NCBI RefSeq assembly: GCF_024521635.1
Contig: NW_026250406.1
Coordinates: 1 to 64,000 of the forward strand
DNA from: Tricharina praecox
Taxonomy: Eukaryota
Direction: 5' to 3'
DNA: 64,000 nucleotides
Made by a program: the position numbers and the translations under genes
Notes under the pieces: model-generated
Database searches by the model: none
What the model was told of the DNA's origin: nothing
Seen by the model: the letters and a program-made list of their open reading frames with translations, nothing else
Shown here: positions 13,901 to 24,640 of the stretch, in pieces
Layout of the letters: each line of letters opens with the position of its first letter
How positions within the stretch are numbered: the first letter of the stretch is position 1

Positions 13901-15411
13901 TGGGCCCGGGTATGTGTGCACGTACATAAAGCCGGGCTGCGGTCGAGCGGTGGTTTCCTGCGTGGGGGTTCATCGTAAAGTGAATGGTGTATATACTCGG
14001 GGTGAATCGCTTATCCGGGTGGTGCTGTGTCGGTCGTATCGAATTCCGTTAACGCCGTTTTCCGTGTCATGTGCACTATATCTTGAAAACGATGGAGAGC
14101 AAGAGTGATGGTATTATTGACGTTCATAAGACTAGAGAACGTTGCTTTACATGCACATACAGGTGTATGATTCATGGAGCCAGTACTGCAACCAGGCACG
14201 GAAAACGTGCCCATAGCGGTAGTTACCGCCGCGTGCCGATGGTGATCGCCTTCTAGGGCCATTCGGACGTCTATTATTGATATGTGGACCAACACTCCAC
14301 AGACTCTTGTAATACTACATACACGCACACCAGAGTAGCCATCCGGTTATGCTCATTAAGCCTGAAGGCCGAAGCGCGGATTGTCTGCGGGAGTCATATC
14401 ATGGGTGGATAGCAATTGGCTATAGGGAAACATCATTCATCAGCGAACTGCGTTCCTGCGACGGTAATTGGCTCCAGGATGTAGTGGGACCCACGCTGTA
14501 GAGGTAACAGACGCTGTTCCGAAGTCTGCCGAAGGAAAACATGTACCTGCCGGTAACTTTGGGATCACTGGCTCTCACTCGTCAACTCGGATGCGACTGC
14601 ACGATCGGATTCCCGGGCCGCTGGTGGTACGAAGCTCAACTATATTTCCCGATACCGATAAGTGTCGCATGGAGATGTCCTCTTGAGAGCTATGTTCATT
14701 CCGTCCGGTCTCCTCCGGTGGCTGGATGATCATCAGCTTTGCGGCTTCTACACCTCGTCATTTGTGGAGTCGTTGGTGCGGCCGTGGCATCCTCTCGTAT
14801 CTGCAGAACTGACACGCCGAGAAACCGGTAGATGGAGAAATTATTGTTCGATTTCAGTTCGGAGTGCGATCTCATGAGTTTCTTGGCTGGCTTGGCCAGG
14901 AAGAAGAATGTGTAGTTGCAGCTGCTTCTCGGGTGGGCAGATTTCGAATCAATACACGTCGTTCCGTAGCGTTTCATCGTCAAGAACGTTGCTTTTCGGT
15001 CACATTGCAATTTACGTGACGATACGCGGCAAGACATGGCTGACACATCACGTTTGACATCCCCGCATTGTGCTGCGACATGGGCTAGGGTTCCTTACTC
15101 TAGACGAGCCCCGCCCGAGCTCGACACGCCTCGCCACCTCATCCCCCATTCCCTACCATCATTGCGATCCATCCCCCCATCCGCTTTTCTTGCCATCTCG
15201 CTCGTCTGCGCAGTTTCGCAGATCCTCGTACATGCCGGAGGACACACTTGCGGCCTTTCCTCCTGGCGCAACCGGTTGATAATCACCCCCGCACGCGGAA
15301 TCGAACGTCATTCCCACCATCCTCCCACGAACCTTGCCCCTCGTTCGGAATTAGGAATCGTGCTACGGCCTGGAAATCTCCAAAGTTAACCAATCGTGAG
15401 CATCTCTCAAG

Positions 15412-18400
15412 ATGTCTCCTTGGCCCCAATTAGAAAGGTTGAAGGCGCGTTGGTCACAGAAAGTGCGGTCGGGTCCGCGATCGGATGAGCACACCAGTGG
15501 CACCGGGAACAAGCAACAGATTCGAACCGGGAACGAGGATCACAAGCGGTCCGGAAACCAGCACCAGAATGTAGCCGGCGACGAGCACCAGCGTCCAACC
15601 GGGAATGAGCACGAGAACCATCTAGATGTTAGTAATCCACGGGCGGAGATCCGAATTGACTTACTTTTGCTAGAGGGACCCGGACAGTTGCTAACGGTGG
15701 TTCACACAGCCGATACTGGAGCGATTTGACTCCGACAGCATCTCTCAGAATGCTTCTGGCAGTCCGAACATCGGTCGAATCGCCAACATCGCCAACACCT
15801 CTACCGCAGACACCACCAGAGATAGCGTGAACGTGACGACAGACGCCTCACGCAGCTACAAGGACTCAAAGCACAACGAACTCGTGCACCCACAATTCGA
15901 TGGGCCCGTAGGAATAGGTACGTCAGCCTGTTATGTTCTACGACTAGGCATCATTTTGACTGATACGGACTGTCTCTATTTAGGAAATACAACGATCTAC
16001 TACATCCCGCCACCTGGCCTTGCCGCAAACGCTCAAACCCGGGAAGACTTGGAAACTTTTGGTACGTAGAGGAAGCTGTAATGCGATTTCAATAGCTTAC
16101 GTGGACCGTGTCACACAGCCGCTGTGTACTGCGCTCATGGCGCCGCATTCAACTCGCGGGGTTCGGATCACGAGCCTACATGCTTGGCAGAAACTCGAGT
16201 CGATCTCCTCGCCGACATAGTGAGCTGGTCAGACACGCCCGACAATGCGTGCATATTCTGGTTGAATGGAATGGCGGGTACTGGAAAGTCCACTATAGCG
16301 CGTACGGTCGCTCGCAACTGGGCAAAGAAGCAACGACTTGGTGCGAGTTTCTTTTTCTCCAAAGGTCAAGGTGACCGGGCCCATGCTTCCAAATTCTTCA
16401 CTACTCTCGCATACCAGCTTGCGTATTCGCAGCCCAGTCTTGCGTTTAGTATCCACAAGGCTATATGCGACCGACCCGATATCCCGCGGCAAACCCTACG
16501 AGAGCAGTGGAAACATCTCATCCTTGAACCGCTTTCTCGGCTGGGTGAAGGTGTATCCTCTCAACCACAGTCGTTGATGCTGGTCATTGATGCGTTGGAC
16601 GAATGCGATGACGAAGAAGACACCGGACTGATACTTCAAATCCTTTCCGAGGCAACTCTCCTCAAAAGCTCGGTGCGTTTGTTGGTATTCGTCACAAGCA
16701 GACCGGAAACCCCGATCCGCCACGGTTTCGTCAAAATACGGAAGGCTGTATATCAACACTTCATTCTCCATGAAATCCCCAACAACATAGTCGATGCCGA
16801 TATATCCAGTTTCCTCCACCACGAATTAAACGAAATCAGGCAATGTCGCCGGTACTTACCCGAACCTTGGCCCGACGAGCAAAGTGTGGGGCGTCTCGTG
16901 CGGAAAGCTGGGGGACTATTCATCTACGCTTCCACAGTATGCAGATTCATCAGGGATAAGGAGCGCTCTCCACAGAAATGTCTCGCCCTAGTATTGGACG
17001 ACAGCAATGAACACGGAACGTCGTCAACCTTGCGGCAACTCGATTTGATGTACCTGAAGATTATACGATACGCAGTCCAAGTTCGAGGTCAGGCGTCGTC
17101 GACCTCAGAAGAGCGACTTTCGCAACGGTTCAGGCAGATCGTCGGATCTATTGTGGTATCAAACGAAGCATTGACTGTTGGTGCCCTATCTGCTCTTTTA
17201 AACATGCAACCGTACGATGTGGACCGAACAGTAGAATCTCTGGGTTCTATATTGCGTTATCCCGAATTCGATGAAACCCCCATTAAGCTCCTACATCCGT
17301 CTTTCCGCGACTTCCTACTTGACAACCGGAGGTGCAACGATCCCCGGTTCAGCATCATTGCGGATAACGCACACAGGGAACTTGCGATGAGGTGCCTGCA
17401 GCTCATGTCACGCCATCTCAAGCAGGATGTGTGCTCCTTAAAGCTCCCTGGTAGCCTCATCGAGGAGATCGATCCTCGGATAGTGCAGCCTTGTCTTCCG
17501 GAAGAGGTTCAGTATGCCTGCAGGTACTGGGTCGATCATCTCCAGCGAAGTGAAACCATACTCCACGACAGCGAGCCACTTCACGACCAAGTGCATACTT
17601 TCCTCAAAGAACATTTCCTTCACTGGATGGAGGCACTGAGCCTGATGCGGAATATGCATGACGGCATTCTCATGGTCAAGGCCATTGCCTCCATGCTCAG
17701 GGTGAGTACTCCAGCCTGTTGATGTTCTGTTTTTCGGATTTGCCGTCGAGTACATTCAGCAGATTCCAGTGCATGGAATTTGCAGAAACTCGGAAGGCAA
17801 AAGTCGCCAAATCGAGGTTATCGGTGTATGATGAAAGCGGACTGTTCGTCAATGACCTTATCGCTCCAGCAGCGGAAGGTGTGACTGCTGCCACGGAATT
17901 TTGCTGACTTTACTTTAGCTGAAGCCTTCCAGTGCCAACTATTCGTTGCAAGCAATGGCTCATGACGCAGTCCGATTTATGCTACATTTCGGATCAATCA
18001 TCGAGATTGCACCTCTCCAACTGTATTCCTCAGCTCTGTCCTTTAGCCCGGGGCGGAGCTTACTGAAGGACCAATTTCGTCATGAAATCCCGGACTGGAT
18101 TGTGGAAGTGGCACTACCGGTTCCCCAGGATTGGGGCGCGTCGCTGCAGGTACTGGGAGGACATTCAGCCATGATCGGAGCGCTGGCTTTCTCGTTTGAC
18201 GGCAAGCTGCTGGCATCGGCATCGGGCGATAGAACCGTCCGGCTCTGGAATCCCGCGACGGGAACCTGCCGCGCCACTCTTGAGGGCCATTCAAAGGGTG
18301 TCAGTGCAGTGGCATTCTCGCCCGACGGCAAGCTGCTGGCATCGGCATCGGACGACAAAACCGTCCGGCTCTGGGATCCCGCGACGAGAACCTGCCGCGC

Positions 18401-20147
18401 CACTCTTGAGGGCCATTCGGATTGCGTCAATGCAGTGGCATTCTCGCCCGACGGCAAGCTGCTGGCATCGGCATCGGCTGACACAACCGTCCGGCTCTGG
18501 GATCCCGCGACGGGAACCTGCCGCGCCACTCTGGAGGGCCATTCAGGATGGGTCAGTGCAGTGGCATTCTCGCCCGACGGCAAGCTGCTGGCATCGGCAT
18601 CAGCTGACACAACCGTCCGGCTCTGGGATCCCGCGACGGGAACCTGCCGCGCCACTCTTGAGGGCCATTCGCGTTTGGTCAGTGCAGTGGCATTCTCGCC
18701 CGACGGCAAGCTGCTGGCATCGGCATCGGACGACGAAACCGTCCGGCTCTGGGATCCCGCGACGAGAACCTGCCGCGCCACTCTTGAGGGCCATTCGGAT
18801 TGGGTCAGGGCAGTGGCATTCTCGCCCGACGGCAAGCTGCTGGCATCGGCATCGGCTGACACAACCGTCCGGCTCTGGGATCCCGCGACGGGAACCTGCC
18901 GCGCCACTCTTGAGGGCCATTCGAAATGGGTCAGTGCAGTGGCATTCTCGCCCGACGGCAAGCTGCTGGCATCGGCATCTATTGACACAACCGTCCGGCT
19001 CTGGGATCCCGCGACGGGAACCTGCCGCGCCACTCTTGAGGGCCATTCGCAATGGGTCAGTGCAGTGGCATTCTCGCACGACGGCAAGCTGCTGGCATCG
19101 GCATCGTACGACACAACCGTCCGGCTCTGGGATCCCGCGACGGGAACCTGCCGCGCCACTCTTGAGGGCCATTCGCAATGTGTCAGTGCAGTGGCATTCT
19201 CGCACGACGGCAAGCTGCTGGCATCGGCATCGTACGACAAAACCGTCCGGCTCTGGGATCCCGCGACGGGAACCTGCCGCGCCACTCTTGAGGGCCATTC
19301 AAAGGGTGTCAGGGCAGTGGCATTCTCGCCCGACGGCAAGCTGCTGGCATCGGCATCGGCTGACACAACCGTCCGGCTCTGGGATCCCGCGACGGGAACC
19401 TGCCGCGCCACTCTTGAGGGTCATTCGGATTGGGTCAATGCAGTGGCATTCTCGCCCGACGGCAAGCTGCTGGCATCGGCATCTATTGACACAACCGTCC
19501 GGCTCTGGGATCCCGCGACGGGAACCTGCCGCGCCACTCTTGAGGGCCATTCAAAGGGTGTCAGGGCAGTGGCATTCTCGCCCGACGGCAAGCTGCTGGC
19601 ATCGGCATCGGCTGACACAACCGTCCGGCTCTGGGATCCCGCGACGGGAACCTGCCGCGCCACTCTTGAGGGTCATTCGGATTGGGTCAATGCAGTGGCA
19701 TTCTCGCCCGACGGCAAGCTGCTGGCATCGGCATCTATTGACACAACCGTCCGGCTCTGGGATCCCGCGACGGGAACCTGCCGCGCCACTCTTGAGGGCC
19801 ATTCGGATTTTGTCAGGGCTGTGGCATTCTCTTTTGATGGCAAGGGGCTCGTATTAACATTGGCCGATAAAGCTGCCAAGTTCTACGAAATTTCTGCACA
19901 GAATAGCAATTTGGAAGTGAAGCCGGGAGCGGTCTCGTATCCAGAGCTCATGTTGAGCGCAAGTAAAGACTGGATATACTCGGGCGGCCGCAGACTGCTT
20001 TACCTTCCCCATGACTATTTCACTTGCTGGTTCGCCGTCAAAAACAATACAATTGCTCTCGGGCAAAGCTCTGGGACAGTTTGTTTCCTTACCTTTGATT
20101 TGGAATTGGTTCCTTTCGGTGAGCTCTCCAAGGCGAATTTATTCTGA
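15412..20147 (+). CDS. NACHT-WD40 NLR-like protein (HET-E/NWD-like), gene A
   Basis: Spliced model with introns at about 15628-15709, 15918-15983, about 16063-16118 and 17702-17918. NACHT with CLAETRVDLL, WLNGMAGTGKSTIARTVA, LVIDALDEC, FVTSRPE, LHPSFRDFL, QYACRYW; then APLQLYSSAL and 14 WD40 repeats (last one degenerate); stop at 20147. Confidence 0.92.
15481..15624 (+). repeat. Six degenerate 24-bp coding repeats in exon 1 of gene A
   Basis: Translation: SDEHTSGT GNKQQIRT GNEDHKRS GNQHQNVA GDEHQRPT GNEHENHL. Confidence 0.75.
18153..19845 (+). repeat. 126-bp WD40 tandem array (13 near-identical units plus 1 degenerate)
   Basis: Unit LEGHSxxVxAVAFS[PH]DGKLLASASxDxTVRLWDPATGTCRAT, nearly invariant at the DNA level outside the x codons. 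Confidence 0.97.
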
Positions 20148-20629
20148 CTCGGCTCTGACATGGTCAGGGTGATTTTTCTCAAGTTGGAATCACGGGGGTT
20201 TCAATGGGAGTTGTGGCCGGTTTTTTCTGCGTTGGGCTGTTGTTCTGTCACTTTTGGTGCTTAGCTTTGGGTTAGGTTCTAGTATGTACGTTGCTGCGCA
20301 GCTTGAGCTACGCGTCATAGCGTGTGGGGTGAAGCGGTGGATGTGAGGAGGAATGGAGATCATTTGGATTTTGTCCCGGGTTTTGGCCGTACCTTGGCGT
20401 ACTCCAGCCATAACGAATTGTGGTTGCATGCTTATTATAGCTGTGACTTTCTCCGTCGGTGACGTGACCAGTTTACAAACACGATGTTGGCGCGAATGGA
20501 ATTCTGCGACGGACGGTCAACCGAGTGCCGCTGGGGCGAGCAACCTTCTGAGCCACCTGGGTTGAATAACCTTTGGACCAAGAATTCGGAAGTCTATATA
20601 TATGTTGTGTATCAAATAGCTCATCTCAG

Positions 20630-21045
20630 GCATCTGCCTGCCTCCCTAACTAATCCAACAGCGCGCAAGCTAAGGGGATGGCGAGTGATGGCGCATGCAG
20701 GCACTCCATGAAGGACTTGGGGAGGTTTATATTTCAGTTGTGTACCCGCCACATCGCCAGTCTGTCGAGGGTCTCAGGCACGGATCTTTATTAGCGACCA
20801 CGACCTGGACTCACTGTTTAGTCACGAAACATTGATCCCGTAAACATTGATCCCGTTGGTCGCGAAATATTGGTCCCGTTGGAGAAGACAGTCCACGTCG
20901 TGTTTCTTTCGGCGACAGCTACTTACTTAGTTACGGCGATTTTTTGGTGTCCCATGGGCTTGCTGAATGAGTGCCTGCATGCGCTATCACTCGCCATCCC
21001 CTTAGCTTGCGCGCTGTTGGATTAGTTGGGGAGGCGGGCAGATGC
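20630..21045. mobile_element. About 415-bp element with about 77-bp terminal inverted repeats (MITE/foldback-like)
   Basis: gcatctgcctgcctccctaactaatccaacagcgcgcaagctaagg..gcatgcaggcactc (20630-20705) is the near-perfect reverse complement of 20969-21045. No ORF inside. Confidence 0.75.
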
Positions 21046-21057
21046 GACCAAAGCCAC

Positions 21058-21119
21058 GGTCTGGTTGGGATATATCCGGACCGACTTCGACTGGTTTGGT
21101 TTAGGTATGTAGAATACTG
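21058..21119. mobile_element. Right-end fragment of the hAT-like MITE family
   Basis: ggtctggttgggatatatccggaccgac..tatgtagaatactg ends in the family TIR (TGTAGAAYACTG). Confidence 0.6.
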
Positions 21120-21453
21120 GCACCGTGATGTTGCATCCGTTGTTGACCGTATACTAGGGATTCGGCTAGCTGGTGCTTCACATCGGATTCTTCATTCGCG
21201 GGCAAGTACGTACTCGGGGTTCCGCGTATACGTGTAGTTACCCAGGGTTCCGCATGCAGCTGCGCAGATTCGGTCCTGATTTCTCACCGGGAAGCTTTCG
21301 ACCGGAGTTCGGGAAGAACCCTGTATCGGTTACATGGGTACCTCATGACGAACACGCAGCCTGGAGAGAGTGTCCTCCGTCGGGCACAGCCAGCCCGGGA
21401 TCGTCGGCTGCGTGCATACTTAAGCCACTCCTCTATCCACATCATCAACACCA

Positions 21454-21484
<31 letters not shown>

Positions 21485-21599
21485 TATAAAGCTTTTCCAC
21501 TATCCTGCAGTCTCAAAACACCATTCATCAAACGCTACTCTCGAACTTAAGTATCCACCGTACATCCTTTCCGTTCAATCGAACCTCACACCGCAGAGC

Positions 21600-22553
21600 A
21601 TGGCTCTCTACAGCAACTTCAAGTGGGAAAGCCACGTTTACCAATCCTCGCCTCGAACGGAACTTGACATTTTCGCGCCGCCGAGCGTAGAGTCCTCCTC
21701 CTCGGCGCCCCGACGCACGCTGATCGCATTCCACGGCGGCGGTCTGGGTTCTGGACGGCGCGATATGTGGATCCCCGACGGCGTGGCGGCGACGCTGCTG
21801 GGCCGGGGCTGGAACGTCATTTCCGCCGACTACTCGCTGCTTCCGCAGTCGAGCGGCATCTTGCTCCTGCGCGATTTGGCACACCTCGAGCAGTGGATCG
21901 TCGCGAATGCGGAGAAGCTGCGGATCAACACGGCTTATATCGCTGTCGGCGGCACGAGCGCCGGGCTCCTCGTCGCTGTGCTCGCCGCCGCCCACTAGAA
22001 GCAACTCGGGACGAAGGCTCTGCTGAGCTTGTACGGCATGCTGGATCTGCGCTCGGACTTGTACTCGACGGCGAAGCCGACGTCAGCACTGTCGGTCGTG
22101 GAGGGGATGACTTCCCATGAAGTCGCCGTGGAGGAGTTTGCGGAGCTCCTGGGGAGCTCTCATGTCCTGACGAACGATGCGGACCCCTTCTCTGTCGGCG
22201 GCAGGATGCGCCTCCTGCTGTGGGCGAACAAGTGCGGATTTACGTTCGATTTCTTGATGGGAAGGCACGAGAGTCAGCGCGGAATAGGAGTGGAGCGGGT
22301 GCCCGAGGAGAGAGAAGCTGAAATCCTGCCGATGGAGTTGGTGTCCAAGATGCCACCCTCTTGGGGGATACACGGGGATGCGGATACGTTTGTTCCGGTG
22401 GAGGATTCGAGGCGGTTCGTGAAGGAGTTGAGAGGTGCCGGCGTCGTGGTGCAGTACATAGAGATTCCTGGTGCGGAGCACGAATTGATCGGGTTGCTGG
22501 CTGATTAGGGGGACTATCATGCAGTCGCTTTCCTCGAGAAGTGGGCTAACTAA
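21600..22553 (+). pseudogene. Alpha/beta-hydrolase (HSL-like esterase) with two in-frame stops
   Basis: MALYSNF..ELDIF..FHGGGL..SADYSLLPQ..GGTSAG..IHGDADTFVP..GAEH..FLEKWAN*; TAG at 21996 and 22506 where the paralog has TGG and CAA. Confidence 0.85.
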
Positions 22554-22868
22554 AGTTTTTGCAACGGTAATACGCTCAGGTGCTTTCTTTTTGTCTACAT
22601 GATCTTCTTCTCTTTATGTTTCATACTGTCCGTCGCTTAGTAATCAACACTCTTTTGGCATGTGAACAATCGCTGGCATCCGGATATTCATCGGGGATCA
22701 CTCATTCGCTTGCATGTATGTGTGTTGATCGTCAGGTGTGTTTCGTTGGTTCTTCTTTGGTTGTCACTCGCGTGTTCACTCCTTGTCACGTAATTGGTTT
22801 CTACATGGCCGACTTGTGGCTTGCTGCTTCTATCATGTCATGGTCATTCATGTTTCCTCTCCTGTTAG

Positions 22869-23707
22869 ATGCGCGCCGACTTCTCGTGGACAAGCCACGT
22901 GTACCAGTCATCGCCTCCAACCGAACTCGACATATTCGCGCGTTCCTCCGTCGACTCTCGCACCTCCGTCCCGCGCAAGACGGTGATCACCTTCCAAGGG
23001 GTGGTGTCGCCACCGGAACGCGCGACATGTGGAACCCGCACGCCGTCTTGGCCTCGATGCTGCATCGCGAGTGGAACGTCATCTCGCCGGACTACTCGCT
23101 GCTGCCGCAAGTGAGCGGGCTGTCGCTGCTGCGGGATCAGGCGCAGCTCGAGGCGTCGATCCTCGCGAACGCCGAGGAAATGCGGATAGATACGAATAAA
23201 TCGCTGTTACAGGCGCGAGCGGCGGCGTCATCGTCGCTGTACTCGCTGCTGCTCACTGGAGGACGATCAAGCCTAAGGCGCTGCTGAACTTTTACGGAAT
23301 GCTGGATCTGGCGGGAGACTGGTACACGAAAAAGAGGGATGCCATGCCTGTCATGGGCGTCTTCGACACGGCGGTGCTAAGTGAGGAGGATTTCACAGCT
23401 GCTAGGGAGCTCCAAAGTCAAGCAGGCTGACGCCGACCCCTACGCCGTCGGTGGCAGATCGCAATTCTTCCTCTGGTAGTTCGCGAACGGGCTGTTCTTG
23501 GATTTCCTGATGGAATGGCACACGAGTCAGCGCAGGATGGGCGTGGAGCCTGTTGAGGACTCGAGGCAGTTCGTGAAGTGGTTGCGCGCTGCCGGTGTCG
23601 AGGTGGAGTTTATAGAGGTCCCCGGCGGTGCGCACGAGTTGATCGGGTTGCCCGCAGATCAAGGGGACGATCAGACTGTTGCGTTCCTCGAGAAGTGGGT
23701 CAAGTAG
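22869..23707 (+). pseudogene. Second, more degraded tandem copy of the esterase
   Basis: FSWTSHVYQSSPPTELDIFA, WNVISPDYSLLPQ, VEDSRQFVK and GGAHELIGL..FLEKW lie in different frames; an internal deletion removes the IHGDAD segment. Confidence 0.82.
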
Positions 23708-23858
23708 TCGTTGGCATAAGGTATGGATTGTACTACAAGCTTTGCTTTCCGTTGTTCTTTTCCAATTTTGTTCAAGCTGTGCGCTCCATACAGTTATTGC
23801 GTACTTGACAAATAAACATTCGTTCCACGAGGATGCGCAACAATCACTCACTATTACA

Positions 23859-24160
23859 CAGTGTTCTACAGAGACCAGTCCCGGCCAAATTTGGGTTTGG
23901 TCGGGCCGGTCGGGATATATCCCGACCGACTAGGCATAGGTCTTGAGAGGTGGGGCTAAGAAACAATATTTGAAGCCGGAAATGCTCTAAAACCCGCTAG
24001 AAAGTAAGGAACGTTTTGCGGCAGATAGAATTAGCAGTTAACCCGACGTCGGCCGACCTGGGCCGACCCAGCCTGGCAAGGTCTGGTCGGTCGGGAAATA
24101 TCCCGACCAGAAAAAAATCAGGTCTGGTCGGCCGACCGGTCTGGTCTATGTAGAACACTG
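23859..24160. mobile_element. 302-bp non-autonomous hAT-like MITE
   Basis: TIRs CAGTGTTCTACA..gaccag / ctggtc..TGTAGAACACTG and many subterminal GACC/GGTC motifs. TSD not clear. Confidence 0.85.
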
Positions 24161-24429
24161 CACTCACATTATGCGAGTCACTCGAGACCCTACCCCTTTT
24201 GCTCCCAACTCCGCCGAGCTAGACATCGAACTCAGGACGATCGGCCAGTCGTGCCGGAGAACATAGTTAAAAACTCGGGTGTTAGGAACGAAGAACTGGG
24301 ATTTTTGGTTGAGCTCACAGGAGGTTAGACGGGACGGGACTAGGGCTGGACTAGCGAATAACTCCATTCATTCTTTCCATCATTCTCTCCTCCTTTCTCT
24401 CTCTTGCGTGCCGGTGTTGGAAGGGGGCG

Positions 24430-24640
24430 TGTGATAACACCGTGCCGAACCGAGCTCGAACCGCGGTCCCAAGCAAAACAAAAACCTTCACCACCCCGGG
24501 GGTGGGTGGGTTGGCTTGGAAACCCCGATAGATGGACCGCTGTTAATGCTAACTCCGCCGGGTGCGTGGCCGTTACGACACGCGGAGTTTTTTTCCGTGC
24601 CATCAATCTACTATGCGAGGTTGTGAACCGATCTGAGCCT
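24430..24640 (+). repeat. Dispersed repeat family R1, copy A
   Basis: Aligns with 30063-30342: gtgataac.ccgtgccgaa..ggttggcttggaaacc.cgatag.tggaccg..cgccgggtgcgtg.ccgtta..ttttttccgtgc. Confidence 0.8.

Noticed and set aside
18043..19879. Alternative-frame and antisense ORFs over the WD40 arrays (also 32537-34468)
   Set aside because: Shadows of the 126-bp coding repeat.
12711..22508. TAG stops in pseudogenes as a RIP signature or programmed readthrough
   Set aside because: Too few sites; CAG/TGG to TAG are the commonest nonsense transitions anyway, and frameshifts co-occur in the ankyrin locus.
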